This document shows positions 44,457-51,987 of a DNA stretch of 58,978 nucleotides, piece by piece. A program made the translations under genes and the position numbers. The notes under the pieces were generated by a model. The model was not told the DNA's origin and did not search any database. It worked only from the letters and a program-made list of their open reading frames with translations. The first letter of the stretch is position 1. Every line of letters starts with the position of its first letter. Source of the DNA: a virus (lineage: Duplodnaviria; Caudoviricetes); IMG/VR virus record IMGVR_UViG_3300028588_000028, positions 1 to 58,978 of that record, one strand, 5' to 3'.

Positions 44457-46597
44457 AGTACGAGATGGAGCTGATCATCTCGAAGGACTTCGTGGACTAC
44501 TTCCTGGTGCTGTCGGAGGTGCTGCGCATCGCGAAGGACCGAGGCATCGCTATCGGCCCGGCGCGCGGATCGTCCGCCGCATCGCTCGTGTGCTACCTCA
44601 TCCGCATGACAGAGGTCAACCCGATGGAGTACCCGCTCATGCTGTTCGAGCGCTTCATCGACCCGAATCGTCACGATCTCCCCGACGTCGACACCGACAT
44701 CGAAGACGAGCGTCGCGACGAGGTCCGCAAGATCTTCATCGAGCTGTACGGCGAGGATCGCGTCGGCAACATCGGTACGTTCACCCGCTTCCGCGGCAAG
44801 AACGCCATCGATGATGTGGCGCGGGTTTACAGCTTGCCCAAGTACGAGATCGAGAGCGCCAAGAACTTCCTGGTCGAGCGCTCCGGAGGTGACAGCCGCT
44901 TCGACGCAGGTATCGAGGATACCGTGGCGATGTTCCCCCAGGTCAAGGAGGTCTTCGACAAGTACCCCGAGCTGTACCACTCGATGACCCTGGAGGGTAA
45001 CTACAAGAACTTCGGAGTACACGCGGCTGGCATCGTCGTGGGGCAGGAGCCGCTGAACCACTACGTCGCCACCTACGCGAAGCACAACGTCGGAGCCAAC
45101 AAGACCTCGCTCAAGGTCCTCTCGGTCGACAAGTACGATGGCGAGTCGCTGGGTCTGCTCAAGCTCGACGCGCTGGGGCTCAGCACTATGGGAATGATCG
45201 CCGACGCCATCAAGATGCTGGACATGTCTCTGGAAGAGCTTTACGACATCCCTCTGGACGACCAGGACACCCTGGACGCGTTCAACAGGGCGGACGTCGT
45301 GGGCATCTTCCAGTTCGAGGGGCGCACTACGAAGATGGTCGTCGAGGAGTTCAAGCCCACGAACTTCATGGACCTCGCCGCCATCAACGCTCTGTCGCGC
45401 CCCGGCCCTCTACACTCCGGAAGCACCGGCGACTTCCTCGCCATCCGGCAAGGTCACCAGGAGCGCGACGACCTGCACCCGATGGTCGCAGCCATCTGCG
45501 AGCCGACCGAGGGACAGATCATCTACCAGGAGCAGATCCTCCAGATCTGCGGCGACATCGGCAAGCTCCCCTGGACGCACCGTAGCGCCATCCGTAAGAT
45601 CATCAGCTCCAAGAAGGGCGAGTCCGCGTTCAACGCGCTGTGGGACGAGTTCTACAAAGGTGCGTCCAGCAACGGGATCGACGAGCCGACCGCTCGCGAG
45701 ATCTGGAAGCGCATGGTCACGGCTGGCACGTACGCCTTCAACATCGCACACTGCGTCAGCTACAGCATGCTGGGCTTCTGGGCCATGTGGCTCAAGGTGC
45801 ACCACCCTCGCGAGTTCTACGCCAGCCAGCTCAACAAGATCGGCATGGGCGACCAGTCTGCCCGGGACAAGTCCGTGGCGCTGATGCGGGACATGTCGGA
45901 CCCGCGCTTCGGCCGGACACTGCAGGTGCTGCCTCCGATGCCCGGCAAGAGCGGCATCTCCTGGAAGCCGGTGCAGGAGGGCGTCCAGGCGGGCTTCCTC
46001 CAGATCCCCGGTGTGGGGCAGAAGACAGCAGCGCTGATCGAGGAGTTCGACCGGGACATCGGCATCGAAGAGTGGGAGGATCTGCGCCTCGGAGTCAAGG
46101 GCGTCGGCCCCGGCACCATCCGCAAGATCGAGGAGTTCGCCGAACAGGACGACCCCTTCGGCGTCTACAAGGTCAAGCGCGACTCCGACGAGATCAAGCG
46201 CTGCATCCGCAAGGGCGACCTCCCCGGCATCCCGCTGCCGAACTGCTTCTCGGACGAGATCCCCTACGACGCAGTGGAGACCCGTCAGACGGTCATGGGC
46301 ATCCTCAAGAGCCGCAACCTGAAGGACCTCTTCGAGGACCACCGCAGCCGGACCGGCGAGGAGCTGGACCCCAAGACGGTCAAGGAGCCGGATCTCAAGG
46401 AGTCCATGACTCTGTACATGGAAGACGAGCGCGGCCTGATGACCGTGAAGGTGCCGCGGTTCCGCTACCAGGAGATGAAGGCGAGACTGTGGGACGCCAA
46501 GCTCAACCACGACTACATCATCGCAGTCACGAAGAAGTTCCCATTCCAAGGTAAGACGGTCCAGGCTACAGAGATCTATGTGATCGACCCGGACTGA
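44339..46597 (+). CDS. dnaE: DNA polymerase III alpha, polymerase part (in the -1 frame relative to the PHP part)
   Basis: GPARGSSAASLV, LLFERF-like LMLFERF, PDVDTD, GVHAAG, KLDALGL, IFQF, YQEQ and YAFN; the frame is open from 44222 and the first in-frame ATG is at 44339. Confidence 0.9.
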   Translation: MGERTSADVLWHWCREGWKYRGLDKRLTPAEKKEYSARVKYEMELIISKDFVDYFLVLSEVLRIAKDRGIAIGPARGSSAASLVCYLIRMTEVNPMEYPLMLFERFIDPNRHDLPDVDTDIEDERRDEVRKIFIELYGEDRVGNIGTFTRFRGKNAIDDVARVYSLPKYEIESAKNFLVERSGGDSRFDAGIEDTVAMFPQVKEVFDKYPELYHSMTLEGNYKNFGVHAAGIVVGQEPLNHYVATYAKHNVGANKTSLKVLSVDKYDGESLGLLKLDALGLSTMGMIADAIKMLDMSLEELYDIPLDDQDTLDAFNRADVVGIFQFEGRTTKMVVEEFKPTNFMDLAAINALSRPGPLHSGSTGDFLAIRQGHQERDDLHPMVAAICEPTEGQIIYQEQILQICGDIGKLPWTHRSAIRKIISSKKGESAFNALWDEFYKGASSNGIDEPTAREIWKRMVTAGTYAFNIAHCVSYSMLGFWAMWLKVHHPREFYASQLNKIGMGDQSARDKSVALMRDMSDPRFGRTLQVLPPMPGKSGISWKPVQEGVQAGFLQIPGVGQKTAALIEEFDRDIGIEEWEDLRLGVKGVGPGTIRKIEEFAEQDDPFGVYKVKRDSDEIKRCIRKGDLPGIPLPNCFSDEIPYDAVETRQTVMGILKSRNLKDLFEDHRSRTGEELDPKTVKEPDLKESMTLYMEDERGLMTVKVPRFRYQEMKARLWDAKLNHDYIIAVTKKFPFQGKTVQATEIYVIDPD

Positions 46598-46617
46598 AAA
46601 TATTTCTCGGAATTAGT

Positions 46618-46646
46618 TTGCTTTCTCGGAAACGATGGAGCATACT
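46618..46646 (+). promoter_or_regulatory. SigA-type promoter for the ncRNA, tRNA-like element and surface protein
   Basis: TTGCTT-N17-CATACT. Confidence 0.75.
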
Positions 46647-46651
46647 CGTCT

Positions 46652-46853
46652 ACGAGCCGACATTGATGTGGCGGCTCGGGTCTCGAAAAGCTACCTTGCG
46701 AGGAACACGGCAAGAGACCCGCACAACTACATATCCGAAAAAGACGGTGAACAGACTGGGACCACCTGGTTGACGACCACTTAAGCGATGACGGGCTTTT
46801 TCCCAACAGCCTGCTTGACTAGGACGGATTGGTCTCCGTGGAACGACCATCCC
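46652..46853 (+). ncRNA. candidate structured non-coding RNA of about 200 nt
   Basis: Follows a promoter and has no credible ORF; stems CGAGCCG/CGGCTCG, CGGGTCTC/GAGACCCG, GAAAAAG/CTTTTTC and ACGGA/TCCGT, with loop TGGTC complementary to downstream GACCA. Confidence 0.5.
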
Positions 46854-46938
46854 GGGTAGGTAGCTCAATTGGCAGAGCAGCGGGTGCACCCCTCAGAACG
46901 ACGAGAGCAAGATCCAGGTTCGAACCCTGGCCTATCCA
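46854..46938 (+). tRNA. tRNA-like element with aberrant anticodon arm (pseudo-tRNA)
   Basis: Acceptor GGGTAGG/CCTATCC, D-arm GCTC-AATTGGCA-GAGC, T-arm CCAGG-TTCGAAC-CCTGG; 29-nt segment in place of the anticodon arm. Confidence 0.7.
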
Positions 46939-46975
46939 CTCGCAACAACCCAATACAGATCACAAGGAGATCAAC

Positions 46976-47956
46976 ATGAACGCTCGCAAGATCGCGGCGA
47001 TGAGCGCCATCGCTGCACTCGGCCTGGGTGGGGCGCTCGTCGCCACATCGGCTGCGTCGGCCCACGACAAGACCGTCGACATCACCTGCACCAGCATCGG
47101 CATCATGCTCACCAACTACCCCTCGGGCAGCACGGTCGGCGGCACCATCGACGGAGTAGACCTCGGCACGAGCACCTTCGGCTCCGAGGGCTTCGCCTAC
47201 TCGCAGGCGCTCGACCCCGCCGTGCCGCACACCTACACCCTCGTCGTCAAGAGCGGTGACGGCAACTACGCCTTCGACATCAACGAGTCCGGCAAGTCGG
47301 ACCCGGCCTGCATCCCCGTGGTCGTCCCGCCGACCGAAGAGCCGACCCCGCCCGTCACCACTCCGCCCGTGGTCGACGTCGTCGTCCCGAAGATCCAGGA
47401 CTACCTCTCCTGCGACGGCGCGGCCTTCGTCCTCGACAACACCGGCTCCAACGTCGACGTCGTCTACACCATCAACGGGATCGAGTACCCGGTCGCTGCC
47501 GGCACCGCGCTGCACACCGATGCGGACGGCACGCTCATCGCCCCGAACGAGGTCGGCTACACCGTGACCGCGGCTGACCAGAGCTGGTCCTTCCCCGCGC
47601 TGACCGCCGAGGAGTGCCCCGTCGCCGAGGTCCCGCCCGTCGTCGTGCCGCCCACGGACGAGCCGACGCCGCCCACGGAGACCACGCCTCCCACGCCCAC
47701 CGAGACGCCCGTGGCTCCCGCGCCGGTCGCGACCCCCGGGGTCGCAGCGCCCATCCTCGTGACGGACAACGCCCCCGCCCAGCGGGTCGCAGCGGTCGAC
47801 ACGCCGGAGGGGCTGGCCTACACCGGTAGCAACCCGCTGCAGATCGGCATGGGTCTCGGCCTCGGTCTGATCATCCTCGTCGGCGGAGCCGCCCTCCTGA
47901 TGGCGTCCAAGGTGCGCCGCGCCAACCGGGTGATCGACGAGTCCCGGAACATCTAG
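46976..47956 (+). CDS. secreted cell-wall-anchored protein with LAxTG sortase signal
   Basis: AAGGAGA RBS; signal peptide ending AASA-H; Pro/Thr-rich stalk; LAYTG, TM helix and KVRR tail. Confidence 0.85.
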   Translation: MNARKIAAMSAIAALGLGGALVATSAASAHDKTVDITCTSIGIMLTNYPSGSTVGGTIDGVDLGTSTFGSEGFAYSQALDPAVPHTYTLVVKSGDGNYAFDINESGKSDPACIPVVVPPTEEPTPPVTTPPVVDVVVPKIQDYLSCDGAAFVLDNTGSNVDVVYTINGIEYPVAAGTALHTDADGTLIAPNEVGYTVTAADQSWSFPALTAEECPVAEVPPVVVPPTDEPTPPTETTPPTPTETPVAPAPVATPGVAAPILVTDNAPAQRVAAVDTPEGLAYTGSNPLQIGMGLGLGLIILVGGAALLMASKVRRANRVIDESRNI

Positions 47957-47963
47957 CTCCACC

Positions 47964-48003
47964 GAAGGCCACAGCTCCCACCAAGGGCTGTGGCCTTCTC
48001 CTA
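47964..48003 (+). terminator. intrinsic terminator
   Basis: GAAGGCCACAGC / GCTGTGGCCTTC stem. Confidence 0.7.
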
Positions 48004-48065
48004 AGCACAGAATCGGCGATATATCGCTTACTTGCAAATAGCCTAGAAGTTTTTCTGAGAATAGT

Positions 48066-48094
48066 TTGCCATAACTGCAACTTTGGAGGATACT
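48066..48094 (+). promoter_or_regulatory. SigA-type (early) promoter
   Basis: TTGCCA-N17-GATACT. Confidence 0.7.
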
Positions 48095-48138
48095 AGTACT
48101 ACAGGGCGGGAAGGACCGGCTCTGAGAAAGGCAAGACC

Positions 48139-48417
48139 ATGAAGATCTCCATCGCCGACGCTTTGCTCGTCATCCTGATCGACTCCGGCATCTCGATCGA
48201 CGGAACCAACATCATCGACTCCCTGCATTCCGCAGAGGACAACATCCTGGAAGCCAACAAGGACAGCCTCTTGGTCGGCAACCTCGACGAGTTCGGCGGG
48301 CTGTCCGAGAACGGACGTCGCAACGTCCTCCACACGAAGCGCGAGACGGAGTTCGTCGACCGCGTGATCGACGAGGGGATGATGTACGCGGGAGGCGTCG
48401 GCGGGCTGTTCAGCTAG
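48139..48417 (+). CDS. acidic hypothetical protein
   Basis: GAAAGG RBS after the promoter and hairpin. Confidence 0.75.
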   Translation: MKISIADALLVILIDSGISIDGTNIIDSLHSAEDNILEANKDSLLVGNLDEFGGLSENGRRNVLHTKRETEFVDRVIDEGMMYAGGVGGLFS

Positions 48418-48462
48418 TCCGGTAGACTGGTCGGGTCGGGGTTCGCAGCCCCGGCCTGGCTA

Positions 48463-48536
48463 GCCTCGGTACGCCAAATGGAAGAGCGAGCCGACTTAAA
48501 ATCAGCTGGTTGCGGGTTCGACTCCCGCCCGGGGTA
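48463..48536 (+). tRNA. tRNA-Leu(UAA), short variable loop, no encoded CCA
   Basis: Acceptor GCCTCGG/CCGGGGT, D-arm CGC/GCG, anticodon stem GCCGA/TCAGC (one C-A mismatch), loop CT-TAA-AA, T-arm GCGGG-TTCGACT-CCCGC, discriminator A. Confidence 0.85.
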
Positions 48537-48547
48537 CAAAAGAAAGT

Positions 48548-48576
48548 TTGCGAAATTGCAGTTTGTGGAGTAGACT
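48548..48576 (+). promoter_or_regulatory. SigA-type (early) promoter
   Basis: TTGCGA-N17-TAGACT. Confidence 0.7.
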
Positions 48577-48620
48577 GTAATTATGAAGCGGGAAGGACCT
48601 ACTTCTGGAAAGGCAAGAAA

Positions 48621-48908
48621 ATGTTCAACTACTCCGACCTCGCGGAAAAGACCCTCGCTGCTCTCACCCTCGGCTATGAGCGCGTCGGGGCTCTGGACGT
48701 CTTGGAAGAAGGCTTCGCCTGGTCGGGCCAGTTCCAGATCCACGGCGGCGTCGACCACGAGCCCCTGGTGTGGCTGTACTTCGGCTCGGTCAACACTTCC
48801 GCGGGCTACGGCGAATGGGTCTACCTGGCTTCCAACGGAGATGTGTTCTCCACCGAAGACGAAACCAGCGCCGACCCCGTCGACCCCATCTTCAACGTCC
48901 AACTCTAG
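48621..48908 (+). CDS. acidic hypothetical protein
   Basis: GAAAGG RBS after the promoter and hairpin. Confidence 0.75.
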   Translation: MFNYSDLAEKTLAALTLGYERVGALDVLEEGFAWSGQFQIHGGVDHEPLVWLYFGSVNTSAGYGEWVYLASNGDVFSTEDETSADPVDPIFNVQL

Positions 48909-48979
48909 GCGGCTGCGCGGGGTGGCTCTCGGGCTGCCCCGCCCTCCGGAATCTTTTTCTAGAAAGTTTGCTTTTGGAG

Positions 48980-49008
48980 TTGCGAAGTTGCAATTCATAG
49001 AGCATACT
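48980..49008 (+). promoter_or_regulatory. SigA-type (early) promoter
   Basis: TTGCGA-N17-CATACT. Confidence 0.7.
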
Positions 49009-49051
49009 AGTACTACAAGGCAAGGGAAGGACCCGAGCCGGAGGGAAAATC

Positions 49052-49258
49052 GTGATCAAGCACCTCGCTACCGCCGCGGTCCGCAACGAGAAGACCGGTC
49101 GCATGGAGCACGACTCGGGCGTGACGTTCTGCTACACCACGATCAAGGACTTGAACTCCACTCCCTTCGTGGACCAGGTCACCTGCAAGCGCTGCCTCAA
49201 GATGTCGGCCAGCATCGAAGCCGAACTGGCCGAGGGAACCATCCAGCTCACGAACTAA
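49052..49258 (+). CDS. small zinc-binding hypothetical protein
   Basis: H...C and VTCKRC motifs; GAGGG RBS. Confidence 0.7.
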   Translation: MIKHLATAAVRNEKTGRMEHDSGVTFCYTTIKDLNSTPFVDQVTCKRCLKMSASIEAELAEGTIQLTN

Positions 49259-49266
49259 AGTTTCCG

Positions 49267-49284
49267 GGAGGGCTTCGGCCCTCC
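49267..49284 (+). terminator. UUCG tetraloop hairpin terminator
   Basis: GGAGGGC-TTCG-GCCCTCC. Confidence 0.65.
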
Positions 49285-49287
49285 TCC

Positions 49288-49316
49288 TTGCTTAATCTCG
49301 CATAACAACGTAAGCT
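49288..49316 (+). promoter_or_regulatory. SigA-type (early) promoter
   Basis: TTGCTT-N17-TAAGCT. Confidence 0.65.
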
Positions 49317-49348
49317 CGTAACACAAGCCACCTCGGGAAGGACCCATC

Positions 49349-50488
49349 ATGGCCAACGACAAGATCCTCGACCGCGTCCGCGCTCTCCTCGCCATCGCAG
49401 AACACCCGAACACCCCGTCGCACGAGGCCGACACGGCGCTCACACAGGCGAACCGGCTCATGGCCAAGCACGCCATCGAGGAAGCCACCGCCCGTGCTGC
49501 GCAGACCCGGGAAGAGCGTCGCGCCGTCGAGCGCAAGATGTTCCGCATCCACGAAGGCGACTACAGCGAGTTCCTGGGTAGCATGCGCGCCATCCTCAGC
49601 GGCATCTGCAAGCACAACCGTGTACAGCTGGTGATCACTAGCTCGTACGACACCGAGCTGTTCGGCATGCACGACGACATCGTCTGGGTCGAGCAGCAGT
49701 ACATGCAGATCTACTTCGAGTTCCTGCGCAAGCTGCAGCCCAAGTGGGACGAGTCCATCGGATACGACGCCAACATCTACAACTTCAAGGTAGCTGGATA
49801 CCCCTGGTCGCAGATAGACTCCATCGCCCAGCAGAACGGGCACGCCAGCCGCGAGTCGATGAAGACCGAGCGCTGGACGCACCGCATCACCGGCGAGGAA
49901 ATGTCGAACACGTATCCGACGGGCTACTACCACAAGCTCCTGGGTGCGTACAAGCGCCACATGAGGGTCATCGGGGACACGACGCCCGTCGCCACGCAGA
50001 CGCACAGCCAGTACCGACGCGACTTCTCGGACGGATTCACGAGCCGCATCAGGGCGCGCCTGGAGAAGATGGCCGCGGACGCCGCGGGCGAGGTCGACGA
50101 GAGCGCAGCAGTCGTGCTGTACGACATGTCGCAGGAGATCAAGGAAGAGGTCTACGCGGCGCACCCCGATCTGCACCCGGACGAGGTCCGCAAGGAGATG
50201 CGCGAGTATCAGCAGGCTCGAGAAGAGCGGGCCGCCGCCGAGCGACAGGCGCGCGAGACCATGCTCAACCGCATGACCGACAAGCAGCGCGCCGCATTCC
50301 TCGACAAGGAGCGTCGCGAGGAAGAGCGCGAAGAGGCTCGTCAGGAGCGCTACTGGCGCAAGCAGGCCCAGAAGAACCGCGACTACGCCGGGCAGGTCGC
50401 CGGTCAGCGAGCAGCCAGCGCTGTGTCGCTCGACCGCAACGCCGGATCGACCGAGGCTGCCCGCGGTCGTCAGGAGCTGGGCGCATGA
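49349..50488 (+). CDS. DUF2786-domain protein
   Basis: N-terminal KILDRVRALLAIAEHPNTPSHEADTALTQANRLMAKHAI. Confidence 0.8.
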   Translation: MANDKILDRVRALLAIAEHPNTPSHEADTALTQANRLMAKHAIEEATARAAQTREERRAVERKMFRIHEGDYSEFLGSMRAILSGICKHNRVQLVITSSYDTELFGMHDDIVWVEQQYMQIYFEFLRKLQPKWDESIGYDANIYNFKVAGYPWSQIDSIAQQNGHASRESMKTERWTHRITGEEMSNTYPTGYYHKLLGAYKRHMRVIGDTTPVATQTHSQYRRDFSDGFTSRIRARLEKMAADAAGEVDESAAVVLYDMSQEIKEEVYAAHPDLHPDEVRKEMREYQQAREERAAAERQARETMLNRMTDKQRAAFLDKERREEEREEARQERYWRKQAQKNRDYAGQVAGQRAASAVSLDRNAGSTEAARGRQELGA

Positions 50489-50606
50489 TCGACTTGACGC
50501 CGATCTGGCTGCTCGGCGTGATCGCCGTGTTCCTGTGGTTCTATTGGGGAGCGAGCGCTCTTGAGAAACTTTTTCCCACAGTTACAGAAAAAGATCGCGG
50601 AATAGT

Positions 50607-50635
50607 TTGCGAATCTCGCGAACACGAGGGATAGT
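50607..50635 (+). promoter_or_regulatory. SigA-type (early) promoter
   Basis: TTGCGA-N17-GATAGT. Confidence 0.65.
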
Positions 50636-50683
50636 AGTACTACGCGGGAAGGACCCGCTGAACACCTGGGGAAGGACCCAACC

Positions 50684-50938
50684 ATGGACCGCATCGGCTC
50701 GCTCTACGTTGACAACACCACCGGCATCTCGTATCGCCTCATCAGCACATATCCCCACTACGCAGACGTTACGGCGGCACAGGCGAAAGCTTCTGAAGAG
50801 GGGCGAGACTTCACCAAAGAAGACTACGACGCCGTCCCGCTGCGCGCCAGCTACACCCGACAGAGCCTGTCCGGCGGCGTCAGTACAGTTGACGAACTTC
50901 CCGACCTGGCTATGCGCGTCTGGCAGCCCGCTGAGTAG
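50684..50938 (+). CDS. hypothetical protein
   Basis: ATG follows tandem GGAAGGACC elements. Confidence 0.7.
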   Translation: MDRIGSLYVDNTTGISYRLISTYPHYADVTAAQAKASEEGRDFTKEDYDAVPLRASYTRQSLSGGVSTVDELPDLAMRVWQPAE

Positions 50939-51018
50939 CAACCGGCGAAACCGCTGCGGCGGTCCGGTGTGGCGCCATCCCACCGCTGAAGAGCCTGGCA
51001 TAGAGAACGGAACAACGC

Positions 51019-51381
51019 ATGTCCACCACTGCCCGTAAGCTGCGTAAGCGCAGCGGAGTCAAGTTCGTCCACCCCGCCAAAGTCGGCACGCCGCTGGAGG
51101 ACCGCTCCAGTCAGCCCGTGATGCGTCCCAACGGCGACTTCGCGCCGAGCCGTCGCAAGGCCGCGAAGCTCGCCAAGCAGATCGCCGTCCGCGACGCCGT
51201 CGAGTTCAACCCCTCCGAGGCTCTCCCGCTCGACCCCAAGCCCTACCGCGTCGGCCGCAAGCGCTTCGCCACCTCCGGAGAAGGCTACAACGAGGCTCTC
51301 CAGAACGAGGGTGAACTGGTGTTCAGCCCGCGCAAGGACTTCAACCAGGACCGCGCCGTCTACCCCTCCATCCTCGGCTGA
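51019..51381 (+). CDS. basic hypothetical protein
   Basis: ORF with strong codon bias. Confidence 0.75.
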   Translation: MSTTARKLRKRSGVKFVHPAKVGTPLEDRSSQPVMRPNGDFAPSRRKAAKLAKQIAVRDAVEFNPSEALPLDPKPYRVGRKRFATSGEGYNEALQNEGELVFSPRKDFNQDRAVYPSILG

Positions 51382-51656
51382 TGGGCGCGAAGTACCTCGT
51401 CACCCCGAAGGACGGGCGTGTCGGCAAGGCCCGCGGCATCGCACCCTTCGAACTCGAAGCCGGGGAGCGCCACGGCGACCTCTCCGAGCTGAACAAGCAG
51501 CTCTCTTTCGTCCTCGGCAAGATTGCCAAGAAGCGCAAGAGCCGCACCTGGACCCTGCCCAAGCCGGGTCTGGACACCTACGTGTACCTCGCAGAGACCT
51601 ACGACGACGGCAACAACCTCGTCGCCACCAGCACCATCGAAGCCTTGGAGGCTTAG
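51381..51656 (+). CDS. hypothetical protein
   Basis: TGATG coupling. Confidence 0.7.
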   Translation: MGAKYLVTPKDGRVGKARGIAPFELEAGERHGDLSELNKQLSFVLGKIAKKRKSRTWTLPKPGLDTYVYLAETYDDGNNLVATSTIEALEA

Positions 51657-51657
51657 A

Positions 51658-51987
51658 ATGTCCAACAACAAGTCAGAGGCGACCTGGGGGCACCACGACC
51701 CCGCGGTCAAGCCTCCCCAGACAACTCCCATTCTGCAGAGGGAGGAGCCCCAGACGCTCATGCCGCTGCAGTACGTCGAGCGCGTCGGCGACAAGCGCGA
51801 GTCGGTCGCCTTCCCTTGGATGCTGTTCTTCGGAGCGCAGGGCGCGCACCTGTTCTACCTCGGACGCCCCGGCAAGGCCATCGCGTACCTGTTTACACTG
51901 GGCTTCCTCGGCATCGGCGTCCTCGTCGACATCTTCACGCTGCGCGACCAGGTCGCCCGAGCCAACGGATGGAGGGTCGGCGCATGA
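51658..51987 (+). CDS. TM2-domain membrane protein
   Basis: LFFGAQGAHLFYLGRPGKAIAYLFTLGFLGIGVLVD. Confidence 0.85.
   Translation: MSNNKSEATWGHHDPAVKPPQTTPILQREEPQTLMPLQYVERVGDKRESVAFPWMLFFGAQGAHLFYLGRPGKAIAYLFTLGFLGIGVLVDIFTLRDQVARANGWRVGA

Noticed and set aside
43353-46597. Intein or self-splicing intron explaining the dnaE split
   Set aside because: No C/S...HN intein termini or homing endonuclease motifs were seen, and the junction is too short to hold a group I or II intron.
46652-46938. tmRNA, hammerhead ribozyme or intron-containing tRNA
   Set aside because: A D-arm is present and there is no tag reading frame or G3-U70 alanine identity pattern with a CCA end that would fit tmRNA. 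No CUGANGA/GAAA hammerhead core was found. The extra 12 nt are too short for a self-splicing intron.
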